64,000 nt of DNA from positions 1 to 64,000 of the forward strand of contig JAZDOG010000020.1 in NCBI GenBank assembly GCA_043798915.1, read 5' to 3'. The position numbers and the translations under genes are program-made. The notes under the pieces were generated by a model. That model searched no databases, was not told the origin of the DNA, and saw only the letters and a program-made list of their open reading frames with translations. Source of the DNA: Pseudomonadota bacterium (GTDB lineage: Bacteria > UBA10199 > 2-02-FULL-44-16 > JAAZCA01). The first letter of the stretch is position 1; each line of letters opens with the position of its first letter. This document shows positions 16,398-26,620 of this stretch, piece by piece.

Positions 16398-17255
16398 ATG
16401 AATATCAAAAAAGAAATATTCGATAAGCTCATCTGCTTAGGCTGCCATTCGAACGGATTGACCCTTTGCGCCGATTTCTCAATCCGGTGCGCCAAATGTT
16501 TGCGCACATATCCGATCGTGAACGGAGTGTATTCCTTTGTCCCGGAGGAAGCGGTTTCCTTCAGCGAAGTGCCGAAAGAGATACGCGGCAATTATATCAG
16601 GGTTAAGAGGGCAGCCTACTTCGACGAGTCATTCATCCAAAAATTATACACGCATTATCATCGCTATGCGGGAAAGATGAGGAGCTTGTATGGCGGCGAT
16701 GGATCAACGTTGGATATCGGGTTTGGGGCGGGCGAGCATTATGAATTCATCCGCCCTGACGAAAAAGACGGACGATCATTTATCGGAGCAGATCGCGACA
16801 GGTTCAAATTGGAATACTTTTGCAGAAATCATCAGGATGTTCCGGTGTTTCAGGCGGATGCACTCGACCTGCCGTTTTCGGATGGCAGTTTTGATGTGGT
16901 GCAGCTCTTGGCAACCATAGAACATTTTGATATAAAAGGCGTCAACAGGGTTATCTCTGAAAGCCTGAGGGTTTTGAAGGCGAACGGGATCCTGATCGTA
17001 TGTTATCCGGCGGAAGGCAGCCTGCTGCTGAAGTGCTGCCGAAAGATCATGGGGGTCATTTTAAAGTTCAAGTCGGATTATGACATGGTGAAAGATCTGG
17101 CGCATACGCATGCGCATTTATCTTCCGCCGCTGAAACAAGAAAAGCTTTGAAGAGCAACGGGCAATTAAAAAACGTCGATTCATCATTCTACTTTCTGTC
17201 AATTCCAAATTTGCATTTATCACTTTTTATCAATGAAGTTTATAGAAAGATATAG
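16398..17255 (+). CDS. class I SAM methyltransferase with Trm112-like N-terminus
   Basis: CLGC...CAKC..YPIVNGV; LDIGFGAG; DALDLPFSDGSFD. Confidence 0.85.
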   Translation: MNIKKEIFDKLICLGCHSNGLTLCADFSIRCAKCLRTYPIVNGVYSFVPEEAVSFSEVPKEIRGNYIRVKRAAYFDESFIQKLYTHYHRYAGKMRSLYGGDGSTLDIGFGAGEHYEFIRPDEKDGRSFIGADRDRFKLEYFCRNHQDVPVFQADALDLPFSDGSFDVVQLLATIEHFDIKGVNRVISESLRVLKANGILIVCYPAEGSLLLKCCRKIMGVILKFKSDYDMVKDLAHTHAHLSSAAETRKALKSNGQLKNVDSSFYFLSIPNLHLSLFINEVYRKI

Positions 17256-17274
17256 CCGCCTTTGCAGGTAAAAT

Positions 17275-18792
17275 ATGACAATGAATCGCAATAAAATATT
17301 GCTTGTTTATCCAAAGGTGGGGATGAGCGGTTCCTTTGCGTGTCATCTTCCTTTGAGCCTTCTCTATGCGGCGGCGGATTCCATCAAGGCTGGATTCGAG
17401 GTGGATATTGTCGATGTGAGGCTTTGTCCGCAGAAATGGAAGGAAGCCATCTCTGCGAAGATATCTTCCGGCACGATTTTGGCCGGGCTGAGCGTCATGA
17501 CGGGCACGCCGATAAAAAATGCCCTTGAGATCTCCAGGTGGATCAGGAGTTCTTATTCCCATGTGAAGGTTGTCTGGGGAGGGCCCCACGCCGCTTTCAA
17601 CGGCGCCGAGATTTTAAGGGAAAGGAGCATAGATTATGTCGTCAGCGGCTATGGTTCGCTGCCCCTGTCCAGGATTGCCAGGTTCCTGAGGGGCGACAAA
17701 GATGCATTGCAACTTGAGGACATATCCGGCCTGTCATATCGCAAAAACGGCTCTATCATGTCGGTGCCGAGGGAAAATAAATTTGAGCTGATCAATTATA
17801 AAGACATTCCATACCACCTTATAGAAAAAGACCTTGGCCGCTATGGCCAGCTGGACAACGGCGAGATCATTTTCCCAATGTATAGCGTGGTAGGCTGCCC
17901 GTATCACTGCGCATTTTGTTCTTCCCCGGCTCAGTATAGGGATTTTACAAACAAGTACGAACGCATTTCATCGCAGGAGGTGGTCGACCATATCGAATTT
18001 GTTAAAAACGGGTATGGCGCCGAATATATATATTTCATCGATGATGATTCGTTCGTCAATCTTGAACATGTGACAAAAATAATCGACGAGGTCAACAGCA
18101 GGGCGCTCAAGGTGCGCCTGGGTTTCAGGGGGGCCAGGATCGATGAGATCAAAAAAATGGATGACGAATATCTGGAAAAGCTGGTCGATGTCGGAACTGA
18201 CATCCTTCATGTCGGTGCTGAATCAGGCTCGCAAAGGATGCTCGATCTGATACGAAAGGATATCACCGTCGATGATATTATTTTCGTAAATAAAAAGATG
18301 GCGCGCCATAGCAGGATCGTTACCACATATAACTGGATAGTCGGGCTGCCGGGGGAGACGGAGGGCGATTTGCGCAAGACGAGGGAGCTGATCATGACAC
18401 TGCTGGGCGACAACCCGACTGCGATAATTGTCATGCCCAATAAATACCGCCCCTTGCCAGGAACAGAGCTGTATGAACACGCGTTGAGACACGGCTATAA
18501 AAAACCTGCCAGGCTGGAAGACTGGATCGACAGAGAGGCGGAGGGAAGCTGGCGGATGCCGTGGTATACAAAAGAGACGGCAAAGATGATAGATATGATG
18601 CAGGTGACTTCATTTTTTATAGACGACAAAATATTCAAGGTGCGGACAGGCAGGACATTGAAGTTTCTCCTGGCGCGCCTGGTCTCCTGGATATATGCCC
18701 CGATAGCCAGGTTGAGATTTAAGCATGGTTTCTCAGGGATGCTAGTTGAACACAAATTGTTCCAATGGTCGGTCTCCGCCTTCCGAAAATAA
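17275..18792 (+). CDS. cobalamin-binding radical SAM protein
   Basis: LPLSLLY, VVWGGPH B12-binding domain; GCPYHCAFC; IDDDSF; GAESGS; GLPGET. Confidence 0.9.
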   Translation: MTMNRNKILLVYPKVGMSGSFACHLPLSLLYAAADSIKAGFEVDIVDVRLCPQKWKEAISAKISSGTILAGLSVMTGTPIKNALEISRWIRSSYSHVKVVWGGPHAAFNGAEILRERSIDYVVSGYGSLPLSRIARFLRGDKDALQLEDISGLSYRKNGSIMSVPRENKFELINYKDIPYHLIEKDLGRYGQLDNGEIIFPMYSVVGCPYHCAFCSSPAQYRDFTNKYERISSQEVVDHIEFVKNGYGAEYIYFIDDDSFVNLEHVTKIIDEVNSRALKVRLGFRGARIDEIKKMDDEYLEKLVDVGTDILHVGAESGSQRMLDLIRKDITVDDIIFVNKKMARHSRIVTTYNWIVGLPGETEGDLRKTRELIMTLLGDNPTAIIVMPNKYRPLPGTELYEHALRHGYKKPARLEDWIDREAEGSWRMPWYTKETAKMIDMMQVTSFFIDDKIFKVRTGRTLKFLLARLVSWIYAPIARLRFKHGFSGMLVEHKLFQWSVSAFRK

Positions 18793-18841
18793 TTTAGACG
18801 TCCCGCAAGGGAACTTCTGCCGAAATCAAGTGATTTGCTCA

Positions 18842-19375
18842 TCAACGCCTTCTCGGTGCATGGTATCTCGCCGGGGTTCTTTCAATGGTCTTGGGGGCCT
18901 CCGGCGTTTTTACCGGGATCGGCGCAATGTATCTCGCTGGGACTCTTTGAATGGTCTCATGAGCTTCAGGGGCCTCCGGCGTTTTTACTTCCTCGGCTGG
19001 GAGTTGAGGCTCTTCGTATTTTCCCTTGGTGCGCACGTCCTCCTGATAATACTGCCCTTTAGTCCTCACATCCTCGCCGTAATAGCTGCCATTGACGCGT
19101 TCGCTCTGGATCCCTGACGGCGCCTGTGGATAGGGCACCGTTGTCTCGATATCCCGCCGCGGCGGGGCATTGGATATTGAAGAATTGATGATCGGCGAAA
19201 TCACCTGGCCGATGCCCGTGGTCTGGCCGGCCACTGGGTTGGTTCCGGTTATGGCGCCGCCCGTATCCTGCCTCTGTGCGAAAACAGTCGTACTTACGGA
19301 CAGGTCAAATATAAACACTATAATTGCTATTGAGTGAGATACCTTCATTAATGATAGAATAGCATGTGATGTCAC
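18842..19375 (-). CDS. putative secreted low-complexity protein with internal repeats
   Basis: Signal-like N-terminus ending VFA; YYxEDVRTKG x2 and VKTPEAP...TIxRxPARYxAP x2. Confidence 0.6.
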   Translation of the reverse strand: MTSHAILSLMKVSHSIAIIVFIFDLSVSTTVFAQRQDTGGAITGTNPVAGQTTGIGQVISPIINSSISNAPPRRDIETTVPYPQAPSGIQSERVNGSYYGEDVRTKGQYYQEDVRTKGKYEEPQLPAEEVKTPEAPEAHETIQRVPARYIAPIPVKTPEAPKTIERTPARYHAPRRR

Positions 19376-19505
19376 CGATTGTCAAATATAGCAGGAGTGA
19401 TTTTGCTTGGCATTTCAAGTAATTAGGATGGTTGTCCAATAAGTTTGATTTAGATGAATGATGATGTTATCTTGATATAGCAAGGTATTTCAAAGTGAGG
19501 TCATT

Positions 19506-20678
19506 TTGCTGCGCTTCAGACAAATAATAAAGAACCCCGAAAAGGATAAGCAGCCAGAGGAAAAGAGGGGTTCGGTCTCATTTTCAGAGCTGCGGGATCA
19601 AAAGGAATTCCCCGCACAGGGGCCGCCTGCGCAGGAACCGCGCGCACAGGAGCCGGCCAAAGAGGAGCCAAAAGCTGCAGACTCGATAAATTTGCGGCTC
19701 TTCGATGTAAAAGAGCAGGGCAAGCAAATGTCCCCGCCCAAAGATGATCTGCCGTCGATTTCGGATGCGGTCTCCGCGTTCGATACGTATACGAAGATGG
19801 CCGATTTCTTGAGCGGGGTTACCGGCCGGCTTGTGCGCGCGGAGCCGGTCACTTATGATGAGATTGAGGCCCAGGTTGAAAATCTGCTGGCCGAAACCAA
19901 AGAACACCCGGATCAGACGCAGCTGTTGATAGAGGTGGACACTCCCGAGGATTACCCCGTAGGGCATATGGTCTGCGTCTGCATCCTGGCGCTCAGGATG
20001 GGCATGGAGCTCAATTTTAGCCATGAAAAGCTGATGACTATGGGAATAGGGGCTTCGCTGTTTGACGTTGGAATGATCAAATTGCTGGACATCGCAAGTG
20101 TGGGACGCAATGTCAGCCCGCTCGAATTTGACGAGGTGAGGAAGCATCCTGAATACAGTGTGAATGTGATCAGACAGATCAAAGGCATGCCTGAGGCGGC
20201 TGTCGAGATTGCGATGCAGCACCACGAGCGCCCCGACGGGAAAGGCTATCCGTACGGTTTGCGCGCGGGGCAGATTTCCGAGCTTGCAAAAGTTGTGATG
20301 CTTGCCGACGTCTATGTGGCCTTGACTCACTCAAGGCCGAAGAGGGCGGGTGTGACGCCCCACGATGCGATCAAAGAGCTTTTGCAGGGCCCCCGTCTTT
20401 TCAGCCCCCATGTCCTGAAGGCGCTTCTGCGCGTTATCACGGTGTACCCCATCGGCACCTGGGTTGAACTCAATTCGCGCGATGTGGGGCGAGTCGTAAA
20501 GCTCAACCACGAACAGCCGCTGCGCCCCATAATTGAAGTCGTGTGCGACTATCGGGGCCAGAGGATGGAATCAAAAAATGTGGTAAATCTGAACGAACGC
20601 CCTCAGCTCTATATCACCGGCGTGGTGGAAAAGGATCATGTGAAAAAATGGGGCCTGGATGAGCTGGTCCTCGCTTGA
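19506..20678 (+). CDS. HD-GYP domain protein with degenerate HD motif
   Basis: HHERPDGKGYP and LADVYVAL present, but LFDVG replaces LHD; YPIGTWVELN C-terminal domain; TTG start. Confidence 0.85.
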   Translation: MLRFRQIIKNPEKDKQPEEKRGSVSFSELRDQKEFPAQGPPAQEPRAQEPAKEEPKAADSINLRLFDVKEQGKQMSPPKDDLPSISDAVSAFDTYTKMADFLSGVTGRLVRAEPVTYDEIEAQVENLLAETKEHPDQTQLLIEVDTPEDYPVGHMVCVCILALRMGMELNFSHEKLMTMGIGASLFDVGMIKLLDIASVGRNVSPLEFDEVRKHPEYSVNVIRQIKGMPEAAVEIAMQHHERPDGKGYPYGLRAGQISELAKVVMLADVYVALTHSRPKRAGVTPHDAIKELLQGPRLFSPHVLKALLRVITVYPIGTWVELNSRDVGRVVKLNHEQPLRPIIEVVCDYRGQRMESKNVVNLNERPQLYITGVVEKDHVKKWGLDELVLA

Positions 20679-20709
20679 TTTGCCCGCCTTTTGTGGCTTT
20701 AGTTTATTC

Positions 20710-20737
20710 GCCGACCCGTTCAAGGTCGGCCTTTTTA
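20710..20737 (+). terminator. putative intrinsic terminator
   Basis: gccgacc-cgttcaa-ggtcggc followed by cttttt, downstream of the HD-GYP gene. Confidence 0.6.
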
Positions 20738-20841
20738 TCCTCCTGCGATTCTGCGAGTGAGACCATGCTTGCAAAAAACAGGAAGGAACCATAAACATAA
20801 CAGGTTCAGGGATTTGGCTGTTTTTATCCAGGAGCGCTGGG

Positions 20842-22275
20842 ATGAAGGTTTTTGTGGCAGGCGGGGCGGGTTTTATCGGGAGCAACCTGATCGCGCGATT
20901 GCTCAGCGGCTATTCATTATTTGCGGCCGTCATTTTGGCGGCAGTCGTGCTTCGCCTGTATTGTCTCGGCGAAAGGACCTTGGGGGTGGACGAAGCGACC
21001 GCTTTGTTGACTGCCTCTCCTTCCGTCAAGGATATATGGCTGAACTCGTTTTATCAGCACCTGATATCTCAAAGTCACTTGCCAGCTTACTTCTGGCTGC
21101 TGCATTTCTGGATGCTCCTCGGAAAAAGCGAAATTGTCGTGAGGCTGCCCTCGGTCATAATGGGGCTGGCTGCATTTCCTCTGATGTACTCAACAATGGT
21201 AAAGCTGTATGATAGCAAAGCCGCAAAAATAGCATGTGTGCTCCTTGCGTTTTCATGGCTCCACATCCGATATTCGCAGGAAGCAAGGATGTATTCCTTG
21301 ATGGTGTTCCTCAGCCTTTTGTCCTTCTATTTCTTCGTGAGAGCAATTCAGCAAAATCAGCGCCGCCATTGGCTGGCCTACGTCTTCTTTACCGCAATCA
21401 ATTTGTTTACGCACATCTTTTGCCTCATCCTGCCTTTAACTCAACTCATTTATCTCGTATTTTTTTATAAGGGGAATAAGAAAAAGATCGCGCCATATGC
21501 CATCCTGACTTTGCTCACTTGTCTTTTAATCATGTTTGTTATCCACAACTCATATCTGATGGCTATGACGGCTAATGTCAGAGCCGCACGAGACATTCAT
21601 TTCATGCCGTCCGTGCTGGCAGGTCTCAGCTCCGGCCATCCAAGCCTTCCGTTGGGATATATTTCAATTCCGCTCTTCTTGGCGATTCTCTGTAAACCCA
21701 TTTATCGGGCGATCAGAGAGCGCCAGACCGAATCCATCCTGCTCATCGTTCATTTTGCGATTCCGTTTTTTACCATCGCAGCATTGTCCATGCTCTCAAC
21801 GAAAATTTTCATCCGCTATGTCATATTTCTGCTTCCGTTCTATCTCATGCTCGTTGCCATGGCTATCTCGAGCATAAAAACGGTCATGCTTGGAAGGGCG
21901 CTCGTCATTCTGATCATTCTGCTCAATGTTGTTCAGCTTCATCATCATTATCGTTATGAAGAAGAGCCCTGGAGAGAGGTGGGACGTTTCCTTGAGCAAA
22001 GAACAGCGCCAGATGATGCGATTGTCGTCATCCCGGGGTATTACTGGATCGCATTGGATTATTATTACAAGGGGGGCAACGAGAAGCTGGGGCTTATAAC
22101 GGGGGCGGGTGGGAATCTTGATTCGATTGAGCGGTTGCATAGAAAAAAGAATGTATGGCTTATTTGCGACCCGTCTCTAAATGATTACTGTGTAAATTTA
22201 GTTGGCAAACTTTCGCAAAGCCCTGCGGCGCAATCGGAATTTCCCAGCGTGTTTTATGTCAGACGCTCTGAGTGA
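20842..22275 (+). CDS. GT-C (ArnT/PMT, GT39-like) glycosyltransferase with epimerase-like first 21 residues
   Basis: LGVDEA, P.YFWLL, RLPSV, YSQEARMY motifs; many TM helices; starts MKVFVAGGAGFIGSNLIARLL. Confidence 0.85.
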   Translation: MKVFVAGGAGFIGSNLIARLLSGYSLFAAVILAAVVLRLYCLGERTLGVDEATALLTASPSVKDIWLNSFYQHLISQSHLPAYFWLLHFWMLLGKSEIVVRLPSVIMGLAAFPLMYSTMVKLYDSKAAKIACVLLAFSWLHIRYSQEARMYSLMVFLSLLSFYFFVRAIQQNQRRHWLAYVFFTAINLFTHIFCLILPLTQLIYLVFFYKGNKKKIAPYAILTLLTCLLIMFVIHNSYLMAMTANVRAARDIHFMPSVLAGLSSGHPSLPLGYISIPLFLAILCKPIYRAIRERQTESILLIVHFAIPFFTIAALSMLSTKIFIRYVIFLLPFYLMLVAMAISSIKTVMLGRALVILIILLNVVQLHHHYRYEEEPWREVGRFLEQRTAPDDAIVVIPGYYWIALDYYYKGGNEKLGLITGAGGNLDSIERLHRKKNVWLICDPSLNDYCVNLVGKLSQSPAAQSEFPSVFYVRRSE

Positions 22276-22310
22276 GCTGCAGGCCAGGTTTCATTGCAAA
22301 ATGCTTCATT

Positions 22311-23705
22311 TTATACATTGTCCCTCTCCGCCTGCGTTCTGGCCTTGCGCAGGAATCGGGAAATTATAAGAGGCAGCGTTTTGAAGAAAATCAGGATGTC
22401 CTTCGCCAGCGACCAGTTATCTATGTATTTGAGATCAAGTTCCATGGCCATGTCGAAGGCAACCTTTCCGGAGCTGTGTATCTGCCGGTAACAGGTGAGC
22501 CCCGGTTTCATCGAAAGACGCCGGCGCTGCCAGCCGTGAGCGTATAGCTCGACTTCAGCGGGGATATGCGGACGCGGGCCGATAAAACTCATTTCACCCA
22601 TGAGGATGTTGAACAGCTGCGGCAGCTCGTCCATGCCGGATTTTCTCAAGAATCTGCCGATCATCGTGACCTTGGAGCCGTCGGTCATCGAGCGGAACTT
22701 ATAGAGCCTGAATGGGCGGCCGCGAAGACCGATCCTCTTCTGAGCGTAGAACACCGGCCCCTTCGAGCTGAGCTTTATTGAGAGGGCGATGATCAGGAAC
22801 AGCGGGGACAGGAACACCAGAAATAGTGCGGCGAAAAATACATCAAGAAAATACTTCACGACCATCTGCCAGTTGAGCGGAGGCGCGGTTCTGAAGACCA
22901 GAAACGGCAGACCGTTGATCTCTTCGATTGCAAGGTGCGAAAGCGACAGCTCAAGAAAATCGGTGGCGAGCCAGGTTTCGACCCCCTCCTCCTCGCAGAT
23001 GAACATCGCATTCTCAACGTCGGGCAGCGTCCTCCGTTGCACGTTGAATATGACCTGATCGGCGGGATGACGATGAAGGACCTGCCGTATTCCGGACAGT
23101 TCGCCGAGGATCGGGATCCCGCCGACGTCGCCAGCTGCCCTGTCATCATGAGCCAGACAGATAGCGCCGACCACCTTTAAGCCAAGCTCGCTGTGTGCAG
23201 ATATGAGGTGGGCGAGGGATGTCAGGGCATTGTGAGGCCCGACCATGATCGCGTGCCTTAAGTTTTTTCCCCGGCGTCTTGAGAGGGTCAAGTAACCCTC
23301 GATCGCTCCATCTTTGGCAATCAAAAATAAAAAGTTTATTATCGCGAAGCCGATGATCAGGGAGCGACTTATCTCTGCCACCTGAAACAGGTAGCTTATG
23401 GCCACCAAAAGCACCGTGCCTTCGACGGAACTCTTGAATATTACCCTTGCATCTCTCACAAATCGCCGGCCGTGATGTGGAGGGTAGAGGCCGTTTAAGT
23501 TGCTCAGCAACGGCCAGAGGAGACATGAGATGATAAATATGGCGGAATAATACTCAAAACTGGCGAGCCTCCCCAGATATTCGAAGCTCTGCGTGGTGGA
23601 GATGCTATCCCTCACGCGATAAGCGATCACAAAGGAAGCGGCCGTTATTGCCGCATCCAGAAGGTTATTAAGGCGTTTATAGATATGATGTTGTTCGCGA
23701 AACAT
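22311..23705 (-). CDS. priming polyprenyl-phosphate sugar phosphotransferase (WcaJ/WbaP family)
   Basis: KGPVFYAQKRIG, YKFRSM, DELPQLFNILMGEMSFIGPRP, DLKYIDNWS. Confidence 0.92.
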   Translation of the reverse strand: MFREQHHIYKRLNNLLDAAITAASFVIAYRVRDSISTTQSFEYLGRLASFEYYSAIFIISCLLWPLLSNLNGLYPPHHGRRFVRDARVIFKSSVEGTVLLVAISYLFQVAEISRSLIIGFAIINFLFLIAKDGAIEGYLTLSRRRGKNLRHAIMVGPHNALTSLAHLISAHSELGLKVVGAICLAHDDRAAGDVGGIPILGELSGIRQVLHRHPADQVIFNVQRRTLPDVENAMFICEEEGVETWLATDFLELSLSHLAIEEINGLPFLVFRTAPPLNWQMVVKYFLDVFFAALFLVFLSPLFLIIALSIKLSSKGPVFYAQKRIGLRGRPFRLYKFRSMTDGSKVTMIGRFLRKSGMDELPQLFNILMGEMSFIGPRPHIPAEVELYAHGWQRRRLSMKPGLTCYRQIHSSGKVAFDMAMELDLKYIDNWSLAKDILIFFKTLPLIISRFLRKARTQAERDNV

Positions 23706-23934
23706 GTGTCTCTATGGTCTGTTATCATACTCGCTATTTACTGCACAAGGGCAATTGGGTTCCTAAAGGGGCAATGGAGTCCAGTAAGATACAAATATGA
23801 TTATGCCTTTACATCTGGCAAATAATATTCTATCTCTATGATATTAATAAGAAAAAGGGTTGGAGATAGCGGGCACTGAAAAGCTGTTTTTATAGTCGGC
23901 CGCCGCACTAGGTGGGCTGGCTTTGGCGAGCATA

Positions 23935-25098
23935 ATGAAGATTGCCTTGATAAACACCATCAGCAAGACCGTGGATCGGCCGCGTCATTGGTGGCAATTA
24001 TTCGGGTCAACGCTGAAAAAACCTCTCAAAACCGATGCAGGAATCAACTTTCTAAGGATGGCAGACGCGATTGCCTGTTTGGGCAATGAGTGTCACGTGT
24101 TTGTGTCAGATGTGTATCGTCCCTGTGAATCTGTGCACAAAAATGCCGCATTGAAAATCCACTATTTGGAGACGATTGCACGGTTCTTTTTTCCGCCAGC
24201 GTATTGCCCATTATTAAAGGGATTGTATGAAAAGCTTAAAAAAAGCAATTACGACATAATACAATCCTCGGATTTGATGCAGCCCTCGACTGTCATCGCC
24301 GCGCTTGCGGCGAAGCGCATTTTTGTGTGGCAGGAGCAGGACCAGTTTTCAAGTCGTGTTTTTTTGCGCCTGTTGCAAATGATATATTTCAATACCCTGG
24401 GCCGCTGGATCGCGAAAAAGACTTTTTTCATTCCCAGAAGCATTGCCGCCCAACACTTTCTTGGTGAACTGGGCTATAGGAATATTCTCGAGGTTATACC
24501 AAGCGGGGTGGACACCCTGGGCACATTTCATCCAACCGGGTTGCCTGAAGAATATTTATTGGTGGTGAGCAGAATCGCTGCCGACAAGGGGTTCGATCTC
24601 CTTTTGGCTGCCGTGAGATTGGTGGTGAAGGAAGTGCCTTCGATAAAACTGCTGATCAAGGGGGATGGTCCGTATCGTTCCGCGGTTGAAGAGGCGCTGA
24701 AGAAACTGGCTCTGGAGCGAAATGTGTTTATAGACGATGCCATTGCCTCGCAGACAGAACTGAACGATGTTTACAATCGTGCAATGCTGACAATAATCTC
24801 CACGGAGGGCGGCCTGTTTCCGTTCGTGGCCTTGGAGAGTTTTGCCGCAGGCAAGCCGATTGTTTCTTCCTTTGCGCGCGCACTCAAAGGACTTATTGTT
24901 AATAATCAGACTGGGTTTATAGTCAACACCGCGGAAGAGATGGCGGACCGGATCGTGTACCTTGTAGAAAATGAGAGTGAGCGCAAAAGGATGGGCGAGG
25001 AGGCATTAAAGCTCTCAAAGAATTATGATCTGCAACACGTCGCGCACAGGTTTGACAAACTATATCGCGGCATAAAAGCCGGAGCCGACAATGATTGA
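23935..25098 (+). CDS. glycosyltransferase family 4
   Basis: VSRIAADKG, GDGP, FPFVALESFAAGKPIV. Confidence 0.88.
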   Translation: MKIALINTISKTVDRPRHWWQLFGSTLKKPLKTDAGINFLRMADAIACLGNECHVFVSDVYRPCESVHKNAALKIHYLETIARFFFPPAYCPLLKGLYEKLKKSNYDIIQSSDLMQPSTVIAALAAKRIFVWQEQDQFSSRVFLRLLQMIYFNTLGRWIAKKTFFIPRSIAAQHFLGELGYRNILEVIPSGVDTLGTFHPTGLPEEYLLVVSRIAADKGFDLLLAAVRLVVKEVPSIKLLIKGDGPYRSAVEEALKKLALERNVFIDDAIASQTELNDVYNRAMLTIISTEGGLFPFVALESFAAGKPIVSSFARALKGLIVNNQTGFIVNTAEEMADRIVYLVENESERKRMGEEALKLSKNYDLQHVAHRFDKLYRGIKAGADND

Positions 25099-26620
25099 TC
25101 CGGAGCTGAAAATATATATATTGGCGCCGCTGTTCTATCTGCTGTTGTTTGCCGCCGTTGGTTCCATCCTGGCCACTAGTCCGGATATCGCTTTTGTGAT
25201 GACGGGCATTATTTTGTTTCTGATATTCTTTCTTCATACGAAGGAGGGCGTGTTCTTTTACTCGGTCTATCTGGCTTTTGAAGAGACGATACTTCAGCAT
25301 ATACCGGGCGCCTCGTTCCTCTTTATAAAATATTCGGGCGACCTGATGATCACCATGCTGGCGCTGGCGGTGTTCACCAAGCTCGCTACCAGAAGATACA
25401 CTCTCCAGATAGTAATGTGGAATCCCATCAACAAGCCGCTTCTCATCTTTGTCGGCCTTGCCATCCTGTCTGCTCTCATAAATGAAGTTCCCTTTTTTCC
25501 TGCATTTGCGGGCATGAGACAGCTGCTGAGATTCGTTGTTTTATTCTATCTCATAACAATCATAAGCACGTCGGAGTGGGATTCGAGAACGGTGCGCAGC
25601 CTGCTTGCCGTTCTGGCGTGCGTTGTAGTGATTCAGGCCTTAATCGGTTATGCTCAAGCGATTTTAGGCCCCGGATCCTCGTTCAATCATTTTCTGTCGC
25701 CGGGGAGGAGCTACTTTTACGAGGGCATATGGATCTCGGGCGGACTGTCATGGGCCGACTCCAAAGGGGTGTACGGCACAATGTTGAGCAAGAACACGTA
25801 TGGTGTTTTCATGATGAGTGTTTCCGTGTTTATATTGGGCATGCTTCAAATGGCGAAACAAAACAGGGAGCGGTATATGCTGATTTTGGTCATTGCGGCC
25901 CCCTGCATATTATTATCGTATGCACGACAGTCAATGTATGGTTTTCTTATTGGTGGAGCTGCCATATCCATTGTTGTGCGAAACAAGAGGCTCCTTATTG
26001 CGATCATCATGATGGCATCGCTGCTGGTGCTGTTGGCCAGGCACCAGGCATTTGAGGATCCAAAGATCTCTGAAGAAGCAACCATCTCTCAACGATTCGT
26101 TTCGACATTCCATAAACCATATATAAAGAGGAGCATGGCCGGTGACAGATTGTTCGTTGCCACAAAAATTACGCCGAAGCTATTTGCCAGCAAATACATC
26201 TTCCTGGGCCTTGGTCCCGCAGCATTCGGTTCCGCAGTAGGTTCCGCCATCGGCTATCTTGAAGGCTATAAAAAAATGGGTGTTCCTACGATATCTGCGA
26301 TCGTGAGCGATGTCGGGTTTGTGTCGCTGTTGGGTCAGTTTGGCATCATCGGACTGGGGGCGATGATGATGATTTTTGTGCGGCTTTTTGTTTCAATTTA
26401 CCATTTGCATAAAAACAGCGATGACGAGTTCTTCAGGGGGATGGCTCTGGGCTCAATGGGGCTGCTTTGCGCCTTTATTATCACCAATTTTGGCTATGTA
26501 AATTTTGAACTGCGTCAGTGCTCATTCTGTTTCTGGCTGTTGCTGGCCCTGACGCTGACATATTGGGGCAAGGATACTGTCGCGAAGCTGGGCTTGGCTG
26601 AAGGAGATGAGAAGAGATAA
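25091..26620 (+). CDS. O-antigen ligase / Wzy-like polymerase
   Basis: Multi-TM protein; GTMLSKNTYG, LSYARQS, GLGPAAF, LGQFGIIG pattern. Confidence 0.7.
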   Translation: MIDPELKIYILAPLFYLLLFAAVGSILATSPDIAFVMTGIILFLIFFLHTKEGVFFYSVYLAFEETILQHIPGASFLFIKYSGDLMITMLALAVFTKLATRRYTLQIVMWNPINKPLLIFVGLAILSALINEVPFFPAFAGMRQLLRFVVLFYLITIISTSEWDSRTVRSLLAVLACVVVIQALIGYAQAILGPGSSFNHFLSPGRSYFYEGIWISGGLSWADSKGVYGTMLSKNTYGVFMMSVSVFILGMLQMAKQNRERYMLILVIAAPCILLSYARQSMYGFLIGGAAISIVVRNKRLLIAIIMMASLLVLLARHQAFEDPKISEEATISQRFVSTFHKPYIKRSMAGDRLFVATKITPKLFASKYIFLGLGPAAFGSAVGSAIGYLEGYKKMGVPTISAIVSDVGFVSLLGQFGIIGLGAMMMIFVRLFVSIYHLHKNSDDEFFRGMALGSMGLLCAFIITNFGYVNFELRQCSFCFWLLLALTLTYWGKDTVAKLGLAEGDEKR

